Assembly: GCA_963664325.2 (NCBI GenBank)
Contig: CAXXDQ010000004.1
Location: forward strand, 288,001-352,000
Direction of reading: 5' to 3'
Length of the DNA stretch: 64,000 nucleotides
Origin: Desulfomonilia bacterium
GTDB lineage: Bacteria > Desulfobacterota > Desulfomonilia > UBA1062
The translations under genes and the position numbers were made by a program. The notes below the pieces were generated by a model that saw nothing but the letters and a program-made list of their open reading frames with translations, did not search any database and was not told the DNA's origin. Positions 25,762 through 36,704 of the stretch are shown piece by piece (position 1 is the stretch's first letter; the number at the start of each line of letters is the position of its first letter).

Positions 25762-27240
25762 TCAGAATTTATCCACAAGCTCCTTCGGCCTGCCTATGCT
25801 TGACTTTATCTGTATGACCTTTCCGCTTACAGGGTCTTTGGGTATCATGTCCAGTACTTCGCCTTCGAAAGTCATCCTTCCTGCAAGGCCCTCGCGCTCC
25901 ATGTTGAATTCCATGATTTTCACAAGGTCCTCTGGTGTTATGGTGCCGGGCTTTTCAGGTACGATCCTGAAAACAGCCTTATCCCTTTCAACCTGATCTA
26001 TCTGATATTCCTTGAATCCCTGCATATTCAGGGCCGGTACAAGGAAGATATATGGATGGACCGGCTCATAGCCTCCGCCGGGTTTTGATATAAAGAGTAT
26101 CTCTTCGGTCCTCCCCTCAACTGCTTTTATTTTCGGGAGCCTGTTTCCGCATGTACAGCCATCCTGTTCCATGATGACGCGGTCGTTTACCTCATACCTG
26201 ATCATCGGCTGGGCATAAGTATAAAGATTGGTAACCAGCACCTTGTTGCTGGATTTCCCGGGGGCTACAGGCTTATAGTTCTCATCAACAGGTTCGAAAA
26301 TTACAAGGTCGCTGTTTATATGCATGCCCGAATGAAGCTCGCATTCCCGGGCCATAATAATGCTTTCGCATGCCCCGTAGGTATTCGTTACGTCGATGCC
26401 GAAGGCCTTCCTGACCATTTTCCGGGTTTTATCGCTAAGCGGCTCACTGATTGATATTATCGAGCATCTCGGGTCGTCGAATTTCAGCTTCAGTCTTCCG
26501 TCGAGCTGCTCGTAGGCAAGGTAGTTCAGGGAGCTCGGATATATCTGTATAACGTGCGGCTGAAATTCATTCAGCTGTTCCACAAGTTTGTCGATTGGTG
26601 TGAATATCGAGAAGAACCTGTTTTTCATGAGAGGATGGTCTTCAACCGTGCACACCCTGAAAGTGACCACAAAGCTTGCCGAGTGGCTGTTGATAAGCAT
26701 GATGTTGGCAATTTTGAGTGGTTTGTACACAATGGATTTCAGCAGTGTCAGGGGGTTTGCCGCGTCGTTGCTGCCCCTTGCCATCGCAACGGCAAACACG
26801 TTCCTGAACTCCTCCCAGAGATAGCCCATAATGGCTTTCTCGCCTGTCGTACCCGATGAGTTAAGAATTACAAAGTCGTTTTTATAATTGATTGATGCGT
26901 TCTCAGGTATTTTAAGATATTCAGTAAGGTCTTTTCTGTTAAGCCTTTTGTCGGTGACCAGCCTGTCATAATTGTCCATCATCCTTCTTTTGGTAAGGGT
27001 AGGCAGGTCGGTTATATCGCATGTATCGGTATTTATGCCTTTATAATATTCCCTGTAGAATTCCGAATTGGCAACGGCATGCTTGAGCAGCCTGCGGAAC
27101 TTCAGCTCTTGTATTTGCGCAATTTTATCAGCAGGAAGTTTCTGGTTTCTGTCGAATTCTTTCTTCACGCCGAGTGTCTTGATGACCTGTTTCGCATCGA
27201 TGGCGTATGACCTCATTTTCTCATATAAACTCATTTCCAT
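25762..27240 (-). CDS. Phenylacetate-CoA ligase/F390 synthetase-like adenylate-forming enzyme
   Basis: SSGTTG, YGACE, PMIRYEVND, CTCG, EGR motifs. Confidence 0.82.
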   Translation of the reverse strand: MEMSLYEKMRSYAIDAKQVIKTLGVKKEFDRNQKLPADKIAQIQELKFRRLLKHAVANSEFYREYYKGINTDTCDITDLPTLTKRRMMDNYDRLVTDKRLNRKDLTEYLKIPENASINYKNDFVILNSSGTTGEKAIMGYLWEEFRNVFAVAMARGSNDAANPLTLLKSIVYKPLKIANIMLINSHSASFVVTFRVCTVEDHPLMKNRFFSIFTPIDKLVEQLNEFQPHVIQIYPSSLNYLAYEQLDGRLKLKFDDPRCSIISISEPLSDKTRKMVRKAFGIDVTNTYGACESIIMARECELHSGMHINSDLVIFEPVDENYKPVAPGKSSNKVLVTNLYTYAQPMIRYEVNDRVIMEQDGCTCGNRLPKIKAVEGRTEEILFISKPGGGYEPVHPYIFLVPALNMQGFKEYQIDQVERDKAVFRIVPEKPGTITPEDLVKIMEFNMEREGLAGRMTFEGEVLDMIPKDPVSGKVIQIKSSIGRPKELVDKF

Positions 27241-27332
27241 ATCAATACCCTGCCGATCTGTTTTGTTATCGTTGCATTATAGCACAATTAGCTGATAATC
27301 TCATGAAAAATATTCAAGGCGGAATATCAGCG

Positions 27333-27668
27333 ATGCGAAAACTGAAAGGATTTGAAAGGACTTACCTGCGGGGTCTGGCGCACAGCCTCAGGCCGGTTGT
27401 TCAGGTGGGCAGAGGAGGTCTTAGCGGAGAGGTTATGGCATCGATTGACGAAGCGCTTGCAGCAAGAGAGCTTATCAAGATTAAATTCAACGAGTTCAAG
27501 GAAGAAAAGAAAGCCTTCTCGAAAGAGATCGAAGAAGCCACCAAAAGCGAGATGGTGGGAATGATAGGCAATACAGCCGTATTTTTCAGAGAGCACCCGG
27601 ATGAGGCAAAACGCAGGGTCAGGCTGCCGGCCAGGGGGAAAAAGAGTGGATTACCAAAAGCCGGATGA
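27333..27668 (+). CDS. yhbY: CRM-domain RNA-binding protein YhbY
   Basis: YLRGLAHSLRPVVQVGRGG, ELIKIK, IGNTAVFFR; start moved to ATG 27333. Confidence 0.9.
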   Translation: MRKLKGFERTYLRGLAHSLRPVVQVGRGGLSGEVMASIDEALAARELIKIKFNEFKEEKKAFSKEIEEATKSEMVGMIGNTAVFFREHPDEAKRRVRLPARGKKSGLPKAG

Positions 27669-29061
27669 CAGAATTCTCGATGCCCTGAAGCGAATTGCCG
27701 GGCCTGGAAATGTCATAATAGAAGAGTCTCTGCTTGAACCATATTCCCATGATGAATTCGCAGAAAAGGAGATAAGACATTTCCCGTCATGCGTCGTCAG
27801 GCCTGGCAATACAGGCGAAGTAAGCGAAATCCTCAAGCTGGCCGGCAGCAATAAAATACCCGTGACCCCAAGAGGTGGAGGAACCGGCCTGTGCGGCGGC
27901 TGCGTGCCTTTTGCAGGCGGGATCGTGCTTTCGCTTGAGAGGATGAAACGCATACTCGAGATCGACACCGCCAACCTGATGGCTGTCGTCGAAGCCGGGG
28001 TCACGTTAAAGGAATTTTACGAAGCGATAGAAGGCAGCGGCCTTCTGTTCCCCCCTCATCCCGGGGATGAAGGGGCGCAGATAGGCGGCCTTATCGCCAC
28101 GAATGCCGGCGGGGCCCGCGCTGTAAAATACGGCGTGATAAGGAATTATGTTCGGGGGCTGGAGGTTGTCCTTGCCGATGGAAGGATAATCGAACCCGGC
28201 GGCAAGCTCATGAAAAGCTCCACCGGCTACAACCTGCTCAACCTGATGATTGGTTCTGAAGGCACGCTCGGCGTGGTTACAAAGGCAACCCTAAACCTTA
28301 CCCCTCCGCCGGGTGCAATGTTTACGCTGGTGGTCCCTTTTCCCACGATTACGGAAGCCATCAGGACCGTCCCCCTGATCCTGATGAACCGCATCATACC
28401 GATGGCCGTAGAGTTCATCGACAGAAAAGCAATTGCCGTAACCGAGCGCCACCTGAACAGAAAATGGCCGTACAGCGATGGCGAGGCGCATCTGATGTTC
28501 ATCGTGGATGCGCATGACAGGGACGGCCTGATCGGCCTTTCAAACAGGATTTCGGAAATATGCCTTTCACAGGGCGCGATCGATGTCTATGTGGCCGATG
28601 ACAGCGAAAAGCAGAAGAATGTGCTTGCGATCAGGAGCCTGATGTACGAGGCCATGCGGGACCACATGGTTGATATGCTTGATGTGTGCGTTCCAAGGGC
28701 GTCCATTGACGCATTTGTTACCGAGGTTCGTGAGACTGAGCAGTTGTTTAATGTCTGGCTCCCGACCTACGGGCATGCCGCTGACGGCAATGTCCATGTG
28801 CACCTCATGAAGGACAGCTGGGAGGGCGGAGTCTGGCTGGAGATACCGGGCTCGGCCAAAAAGGCCCATGAGATAAGGGACCGGCTGCATGAAGTTGGCA
28901 GGAGGCTTGGAGGGGTAGTATCAGGCGAGCACGGGATCGGCATTGTGAAGAAACAATACATGTCTTTATTCCTCGATGCGGCTCAGCTCGAGATCATGAA
29001 GGGGATAAAAAAGGTGTTCGATCCCAACGGGATCATGAACCCGGGCAAGGTCCTCCCCTGA
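27646..29061 (+). CDS. FAD-linked oxidase, GlcD/D-lactate dehydrogenase family
   Basis: PRGGGTGL.GG, IGG.IATNAGG, GSEGTLG, GHAADGNVH, SGEHGIG, DPNGIMNPGK; GTG start at 27646 likely. Confidence 0.9.
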   Translation: MDYQKPDDRILDALKRIAGPGNVIIEESLLEPYSHDEFAEKEIRHFPSCVVRPGNTGEVSEILKLAGSNKIPVTPRGGGTGLCGGCVPFAGGIVLSLERMKRILEIDTANLMAVVEAGVTLKEFYEAIEGSGLLFPPHPGDEGAQIGGLIATNAGGARAVKYGVIRNYVRGLEVVLADGRIIEPGGKLMKSSTGYNLLNLMIGSEGTLGVVTKATLNLTPPPGAMFTLVVPFPTITEAIRTVPLILMNRIIPMAVEFIDRKAIAVTERHLNRKWPYSDGEAHLMFIVDAHDRDGLIGLSNRISEICLSQGAIDVYVADDSEKQKNVLAIRSLMYEAMRDHMVDMLDVCVPRASIDAFVTEVRETEQLFNVWLPTYGHAADGNVHVHLMKDSWEGGVWLEIPGSAKKAHEIRDRLHEVGRRLGGVVSGEHGIGIVKKQYMSLFLDAAQLEIMKGIKKVFDPNGIMNPGKVLP

Positions 29062-29129
29062 AGCAAGCTGTGTCTTGACGCCATGAGTAAAATGCCGATA
29101 GAAAAATATAAAAACTTTCAGAGGAAAAT

Positions 29130-30353
29130 ATGATAAAAGTTAATGAAAATTACCTGAAGCTTCAGTCTTCATACCTGTTTTCCGAGATTGCAAGGCGCGT
29201 TACCGCATTTCAAAAGGAGAATCCGGCAAAGGAGATCATCCGTCTCGGCATCGGCGATGTTACCAGGGCTTTGCCGCAGGTGTGCATTGAGGCCTTTCAC
29301 AAGGCGACGGATGAAATGTCTTATGATGAGAGTTTTCGCGGCTACGGCCCGGAGCAGGGATATGACTTCCTGCGCGAGGCGATTGCAAGAGAGGATTTCA
29401 GGGCAAGGGGTGCGGATATCAATGCGGACGAGGTCTTTGTAAGCGATGGTGCCAAATGCGATACCGGAAATATTCAGGAGCTGTTTTCAAACGATTGCCG
29501 TGTAGCCATTCCCGACCCGGTTTATCCGGTCTATATCGACACCAATGTAATGGCGGGCCGGACCGGAAATTATAACGACGGCCGTTATGAAGGGGTTGTC
29601 TACCTCGATTGCACTCGGGAAAACCACTTTGTGCCGGACCTGCCCAAAGAGACAGTCGACCTTATTTACCTGTGCTTTCCGAATAATCCTACTGGTGCGA
29701 CCATTTCCAGGGCCGAGCTTGAAAAGTGGGTCGAGTATGCGAAGAAAAACAAGGCGCTGATTATATATGATGCGGCTTATGAGGCATTCATACGTGACCC
29801 TGAACTGCCCAGAAGCATATTCGAGATACAAGGCGCCCGCGAGGTGGCGATAGAGTCCCGCAGCTATTCGAAGACCGCCGGTTTCACCGGGACGCGCTGC
29901 GCCTATACCGTTATCCCGAAAGAATGCATGGTCTATGATGCAGCCGGGAATAAACACCCCCTGCACGGATTCTGGAACAGGCGCCATACGACCAAGTTCA
30001 ACGGCGTGAGCTACCCGGTGCAGCGTGCGGCAGAGTCTATTTATTCGGAAGAAGGCAAAAAACAGGTGCGCGAACTGAGCGAGTATTACATGGAAAACGC
30101 AAAGCTCATCAGGCGGGTATTGACCGGGCTGGGCTTTGCCTGCACGGGAGGCGAAAACTCACCTTACATATGGATAGACAGCGGCAGGGATTCCTGGGAA
30201 TTCTTCAGCATGCTGCTTACCCGGGCGGGCGTCGTGACTACGCCCGGGGCCGGCTTCGGACGCTGCGGCCAGGGCTTTATCCGCGTAAGCGCATTCAATT
30301 CAAAGGAAAATGTGGAAAAGGCGCTGGCCAGGATCGAGGAAGCCCTGAAATAA
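29130..30353 (+). CDS. dapL: LL-diaminopimelate aminotransferase
   Basis: SYLF, LGIGDVT, GYGPEQGY, SDGAKCD, PNNPTG, SYSKTAGFTGTR. Confidence 0.95.
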   Translation: MIKVNENYLKLQSSYLFSEIARRVTAFQKENPAKEIIRLGIGDVTRALPQVCIEAFHKATDEMSYDESFRGYGPEQGYDFLREAIAREDFRARGADINADEVFVSDGAKCDTGNIQELFSNDCRVAIPDPVYPVYIDTNVMAGRTGNYNDGRYEGVVYLDCTRENHFVPDLPKETVDLIYLCFPNNPTGATISRAELEKWVEYAKKNKALIIYDAAYEAFIRDPELPRSIFEIQGAREVAIESRSYSKTAGFTGTRCAYTVIPKECMVYDAAGNKHPLHGFWNRRHTTKFNGVSYPVQRAAESIYSEEGKKQVRELSEYYMENAKLIRRVLTGLGFACTGGENSPYIWIDSGRDSWEFFSMLLTRAGVVTTPGAGFGRCGQGFIRVSAFNSKENVEKALARIEEALK

Positions 30354-30437
30354 TCCTTATGCCAGCCCATGGACGCTTCGAAGATCTGCCGGTTTGGAAC
30401 TAAGACATAAACCGTTACAGGATAAAGGAGGTGTAAA

Positions 30438-32084
<1,647 letters not shown>

Positions 32085-32113
32085 TAAGAATTGCTGTGGA
32101 GGATTAGCCGATT

Positions 32114-33094
32114 ATGAAAAAGCTTGTCACAGGCTCGACGGGATTCATAGGCTCCGCAATCGCGAGAGAGCTCCTCAGGGATGGCGTTGAGGTAAAGGTT
32201 TTAATAAGAACAACCAGTGATACCCGCAATATCGATAAGCTTGATGTCGAAAGGGTATATGGAGATATCCGCGACGGCGGTTCCATGAAAAGGGCGCTTA
32301 AGGATTGTGACACGCTCTATTTTACGGCCGCATATTTTGCCCACTGGGCGCCGGACCCGAAACTGCTCTACGATGTCAATGTCGGCGGCACGAAGGCGAC
32401 AATGCAGGCGGCGCTTGAAGCCGGGGTGGAAAAGGTCGTCTATACCAGCACCAACAACGCGATAGCCGCGAGCGGCCCTGTGCCTGCCAACGAGGAAAAG
32501 GCCTTTAATTACTGGGAAGCGCGCGATCACTATTCCATGTCCAAATATATTGCCGAAAACGAAGCAAGGATATTTGTCACGCGGGGGCTGCCGGTCGTGA
32601 TGGTCAATCCCACCCTTGTCATCGGCGTAAACGACATAAAGCCGACTCCGTCAGGGCAGATGATCATCGATGTGGCCAGACGGAAGATGCCGGGCTACAT
32701 CGACGGCGGAGTAAACATCATCGATGTCGAAGACGTCGCCCGCGGCCATATCCTTGCCGCAAAAAAGGGCCGGGTGGGCGAAAGATACCTCCTGGGAAAC
32801 AGAAACATCACGGTTCACGATTACCTGTGGCTGATAGCAGATATTGCGGGCGTGAAGCCGCCGGCCTTCAAGCTGCCATACCGGCTGGCCCTTGCGTTCG
32901 GATACGCCTTTGAGCTGGGCGCCTTCATAACCAAAAAGGCACCGGTGGTTACGGCCAGCGAGGTAAGGATAGGCAAGATGACGGAGTGGTATGACTGCTC
33001 CAAGGCGGTCAATGAACTGGGCCTGCCCCAGACACCGATCGATATGACCGTCAGAAAGGCTCTCAACTGGTTCAGGGAAAATGGATATCTGTGA
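32114..33094 (+). CDS. Extended SDR, dihydroflavonol-reductase/HpnA-like NAD-dependent epimerase/reductase
   Basis: TGSTGFIG, YSMSK, NPT..G..DIKPTPSG, GERYLLG. Confidence 0.85.
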   Translation: MKKLVTGSTGFIGSAIARELLRDGVEVKVLIRTTSDTRNIDKLDVERVYGDIRDGGSMKRALKDCDTLYFTAAYFAHWAPDPKLLYDVNVGGTKATMQAALEAGVEKVVYTSTNNAIAASGPVPANEEKAFNYWEARDHYSMSKYIAENEARIFVTRGLPVVMVNPTLVIGVNDIKPTPSGQMIIDVARRKMPGYIDGGVNIIDVEDVARGHILAAKKGRVGERYLLGNRNITVHDYLWLIADIAGVKPPAFKLPYRLALAFGYAFELGAFITKKAPVVTASEVRIGKMTEWYDCSKAVNELGLPQTPIDMTVRKALNWFRENGYL

Positions 33095-33254
33095 GGGGTT
33101 TGCAGAAATCCGGATCCGATCTTATAGATCACTCCGGGAAGATATGACCTTGTCATACAATCCCGGGAACCATGATTTTTTGGTGATATGTTAATAAAGT
33201 CAGACTTTCTATTTCCTCAAGATATGTGTACTTAATAGTATACCTTCCGGCACC

Positions 33255-33282
33255 TTGACAGATGCTCTCGAAGGTGTATGCT
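33255..33282 (+). promoter_or_regulatory. Putative sigma70 promoter for the surface-protein pair
   Basis: TTGACA (33255-33260), 16 bp spacer, TATGCT (33277-33282). Confidence 0.45.
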
Positions 33283-33338
33283 ATAAAAACTTGCAGCTTT
33301 GCACATGCTTATCTTTATTATGAATGGGGAGGCATTTC

Positions 33339-36300
33339 ATGAAACGATCTATTTGTTTACTGGCTGTTGTCCTTTTAGCTTCTATTCTGAGCGGGTGTAT
33401 AATTTCCTCCACACCTAAAAACAATGAGGTGAACGTACTCATTACTGCATCACAGTCATTTTCAATCAAGGTATTTCCTACAGGTACCCAATATGTATGG
33501 ACTCTGGACGGTAATGCTATCTCGAACACCACAAACACCTATATATATACCCCCAAAGATGATGGTTTATCTGAGCATGTGCTGAAAGTTGAAGCCAGTC
33601 ATCTCTTCGGGAAAGACACAAGGGAATGGAAGATTGTTGATGCCCTCGCTTCTCAAACAGTAGGTCCCGATGGTGGAACAATCACACTTGATAACTCTGA
33701 TTACTTTGCAAACGGATTCGAGATTCAGATACCCGAAGGGGCACTTACTAAGAAAACTGTCATAACACTAGCAGAACTTTCATCCTGCCCCGTTTACAAG
33801 GATAACGAGGTGGGCTTGAATTTCCCAATAAAACTTCTTCCGGAAGGACAGATTTTTTCAAAACCAGTCCGAATTAAAATGCCTTTCTCTGAAAATGCCA
33901 TGACCGAGTCAGGAAATATAGACCTTACATATGCAAACCTCATGTCTTTTAATGAGTCTACCCAGACCTGGGAGAATAATCCCATTCTCTCAGTAGACTA
34001 TACAAACCACATAATCGAAGCTGAAATCACACATTTTTCGAAATGGCGCATCTGGGTACCGTGGGCGAAGAAGGATGAATTGGATGTCATTGACCAGGAA
34101 GTCCATTATATACAGAATGTCTGGGGTTTAGCCGGAACGACTGACGAAATCAAACAGGCATTAGTTGGTGGAGAAGGACTTCTCGATGGAATACCTTTCA
34201 AGAATGGAATTGGAGCTATCCTGATTGCAGGTGATCTTTCATATAAACTGGTTAACAAGGATATAAAAGGGGCTTGCTCCACATTAGCAAAATGGGGAAT
34301 TGAAAAAGGTATTTCAGCAGCAGGGTTGCCTTTGCTTTCAGGTATCACCAGTATGGGTTTTATGACCTATTCATATTTTGATTATCTCGTTACCAGCCTG
34401 GATGATGGTGCATTCGTAGCGCAGACAAATTATTACGTCACTTGGATAAAAGATATGGGATACACTGAGCAGGATCTTCTTGTTGATGATGAGTGCGGGA
34501 TAACAATAGACGGGTGGCTTTTCAATCCGCACTGCATGATGCAAAGTCTATGTGGAATACGGCCGGTTTTAAAAGACAAATATACGATTGAACAAGTCTT
34601 TGCTGTCGGAAGGGTAAACCTTGCCATACAAAACAACATCTCGAACAAAGCATATGAAGAAGACCAGCTGAAAGAGCTCTTTATTCAGGAGTTGAATGAT
34701 GTAAAGAATAGAAACAATCCCGTCGCCCAGATAACTTTACAATCCGCCAGCTCAGGATTAGTGCCTTTCTCGGTTTCACTTGATGCAAGTAGTTCGTATG
34801 CGAAATCCGGCACTATAAGTAAGTATGAGTGGGACATGGGAGATGGGACAGGAAATAGTGAGGGGGCAATTGCACAGTATACCTACAACCGTCCCGGGAA
34901 CTATATTATCACTCTTAAAGTAACCGATTCAGAGGGAAGAGAAGGAAGCACTACTGTCAAGGTATTCTCCACAGTAGCGAACCCGAACAATGTAGCTCCT
35001 GTTGCCAGCTTCACATATACTATTGCTCAGGATAACACAGTAACATTCGATGCCACCTCATCGACTGACAGTGATGGTTCTATCATTAAATATGCCTGGC
35101 AGTTCGGTGAAGGGAACACGGCCAAGGGCATGACCGTATCCTTCCAGTATTCTACAGAAGGTGTATATCCAGTGACCCTGGAGGTTGTGGACAATGATTT
35201 CGGGACAACTAAAATCACCAAGAACATTATCATAGGGCCCTATAATCCTCCGGTTGTAGAAGCCGGTTCAGACCAGCTTGTCTCTGTGGGGAGTTCAGTG
35301 ACACTCGAAGGGTCAGGTTCATCAGACCCTGACAATAACATAGTGTCCTATCAATGGTGGCAGCTGAGCGGTCCAGCTGTTGGACTCAACAACGGCTCTT
35401 CAGCTACTGCACAGTTTATTGCGAATGTCCCTGCTGATTCAGTACTGGCATTTGCACTTATCGTAACCGACGCTGAAGGATTGGTGTCAACCGATACATG
35501 CACAATTCGAGTCATCAGTGGGAAGCCTCCAGTTAAAACGTTCGGAAAACTATTCAACAGAGGTAGTCATGACTTCATTCGTTCAGTTGAGCAGGACATG
35601 GATGGGGGTTATGTCCTTGCTGGCAACACAATGACTGGAGGAGAGGAATATTATGATGTCTGGCTATTAAAGTTCGATATAAATGGCAACAAGTTATGGG
35701 ACAGGACATTCGGTTGGAAGAGGAATGAATACGCAACAACTGTCCAACAAACCCTCGATGGAGGATATATACTGGCTGGGGGTTCATCAAAAGATCCTTA
35801 TGGTGGAGGAGAGGGAGACTTCCTTCTTATCAAAACTGATCATAATGGTCTTGAATGGTGGCATAAGTTGTATGGTGATGAAGGTTATGACCAAGGTAAT
35901 TCAGTCCAGCAGACCAGTAGTGGTGGCTATATATTAGCTGGATGGACATCATATTGTAACAACCTTGGTTGTTATTACGGACGACTTATCAATACCGATG
36001 CAAACGGTAATATATTGTGGGACAAGTTTTATGGATCAGGCGGTGATTTATTTTATTCAGTCCAGCAGACCAGCGATGGCGGATATGTCGCTGCCGGTAC
36101 AACTGCATCTCATGGAGACATCAATAGTGAATTCTGGCTTGTTAAAACGGATTCAGGCGGAAATGTAGTCTGGGAGAAAACCTATGGCGGTATAGGTGAA
36201 GTTGCTTACTCAGTCGAGCAGACCAATGACGGTGGTTATATCATGGCTGGAGTGGCACAATACCCCAACGGAAGCAATGGGAACAGGCTAATAAAGATCG

Positions 36301-36632
36301 ATCCTTCAGGGAACATGCAATGGAGCCAGATGTTGTATTCGCCGGGTATAGGTTCATCTGCCTGTTCGGTGAAACAAACCTCTGATGGTGGTTATGCAGT
36401 TGCCGGGTCAGGAACTGCAGCATGGTCATATAGCTGGCTCATTAAAACTGATACTTATGGGAATGTCATGTGGGACAAATTTTATTGGGAATGCATAATA
36501 AAGAATGTCGCCCGATCAATGAAGCTAACAAGTGATGGTGGTTACGTTTTGGCAGGATATACTGAAGATGACTATAAGGGCTTTATTATAAAAACAGACG
36601 AGAATGGCAATACACCTGAAAGTCCTAATTAA
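33339..36632 (+). CDS. Large surface lipoprotein: Ig-like, ZU5-like (THFS), helical domain, 3 PKD, beta-propeller repeats
   Basis: Lipobox LSGC; ZU5-like GPDGGTI..IPEGAL..PEGQIFSKPV; PKD motifs YEWDMGDG, YAWQFGEG, SDPD..YQWWQ; repeats W.K.YG..QQT.DGGY..AG. Confidence 0.8.
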   Translation: MKRSICLLAVVLLASILSGCIISSTPKNNEVNVLITASQSFSIKVFPTGTQYVWTLDGNAISNTTNTYIYTPKDDGLSEHVLKVEASHLFGKDTREWKIVDALASQTVGPDGGTITLDNSDYFANGFEIQIPEGALTKKTVITLAELSSCPVYKDNEVGLNFPIKLLPEGQIFSKPVRIKMPFSENAMTESGNIDLTYANLMSFNESTQTWENNPILSVDYTNHIIEAEITHFSKWRIWVPWAKKDELDVIDQEVHYIQNVWGLAGTTDEIKQALVGGEGLLDGIPFKNGIGAILIAGDLSYKLVNKDIKGACSTLAKWGIEKGISAAGLPLLSGITSMGFMTYSYFDYLVTSLDDGAFVAQTNYYVTWIKDMGYTEQDLLVDDECGITIDGWLFNPHCMMQSLCGIRPVLKDKYTIEQVFAVGRVNLAIQNNISNKAYEEDQLKELFIQELNDVKNRNNPVAQITLQSASSGLVPFSVSLDASSSYAKSGTISKYEWDMGDGTGNSEGAIAQYTYNRPGNYIITLKVTDSEGREGSTTVKVFSTVANPNNVAPVASFTYTIAQDNTVTFDATSSTDSDGSIIKYAWQFGEGNTAKGMTVSFQYSTEGVYPVTLEVVDNDFGTTKITKNIIIGPYNPPVVEAGSDQLVSVGSSVTLEGSGSSDPDNNIVSYQWWQLSGPAVGLNNGSSATAQFIANVPADSVLAFALIVTDAEGLVSTDTCTIRVISGKPPVKTFGKLFNRGSHDFIRSVEQDMDGGYVLAGNTMTGGEEYYDVWLLKFDINGNKLWDRTFGWKRNEYATTVQQTLDGGYILAGGSSKDPYGGGEGDFLLIKTDHNGLEWWHKLYGDEGYDQGNSVQQTSSGGYILAGWTSYCNNLGCYYGRLINTDANGNILWDKFYGSGGDLFYSVQQTSDGGYVAAGTTASHGDINSEFWLVKTDSGGNVVWEKTYGGIGEVAYSVEQTNDGGYIMAGVAQYPNGSNGNRLIKIDPSGNMQWSQMLYSPGIGSSACSVKQTSDGGYAVAGSGTAAWSYSWLIKTDTYGNVMWDKFYWECIIKNVARSMKLTSDGGYVLAGYTEDDYKGFIIKTDENGNTPESPN

Positions 36633-36704
36633 AGAAATATGGAAGAAGAGGAAGTGTTTCTTTCTTATATATGAATAATTGCCAGTAATAAGAGGAGGGT
36701 TATC

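Noticed and set aside
32114-33094. HpnA-like gene as support for the hopanoid hypothesis
   Set aside because: It follows pgm in a housekeeping run, has no FadR box and no shc/hpn neighbours; this SDR family is broad.
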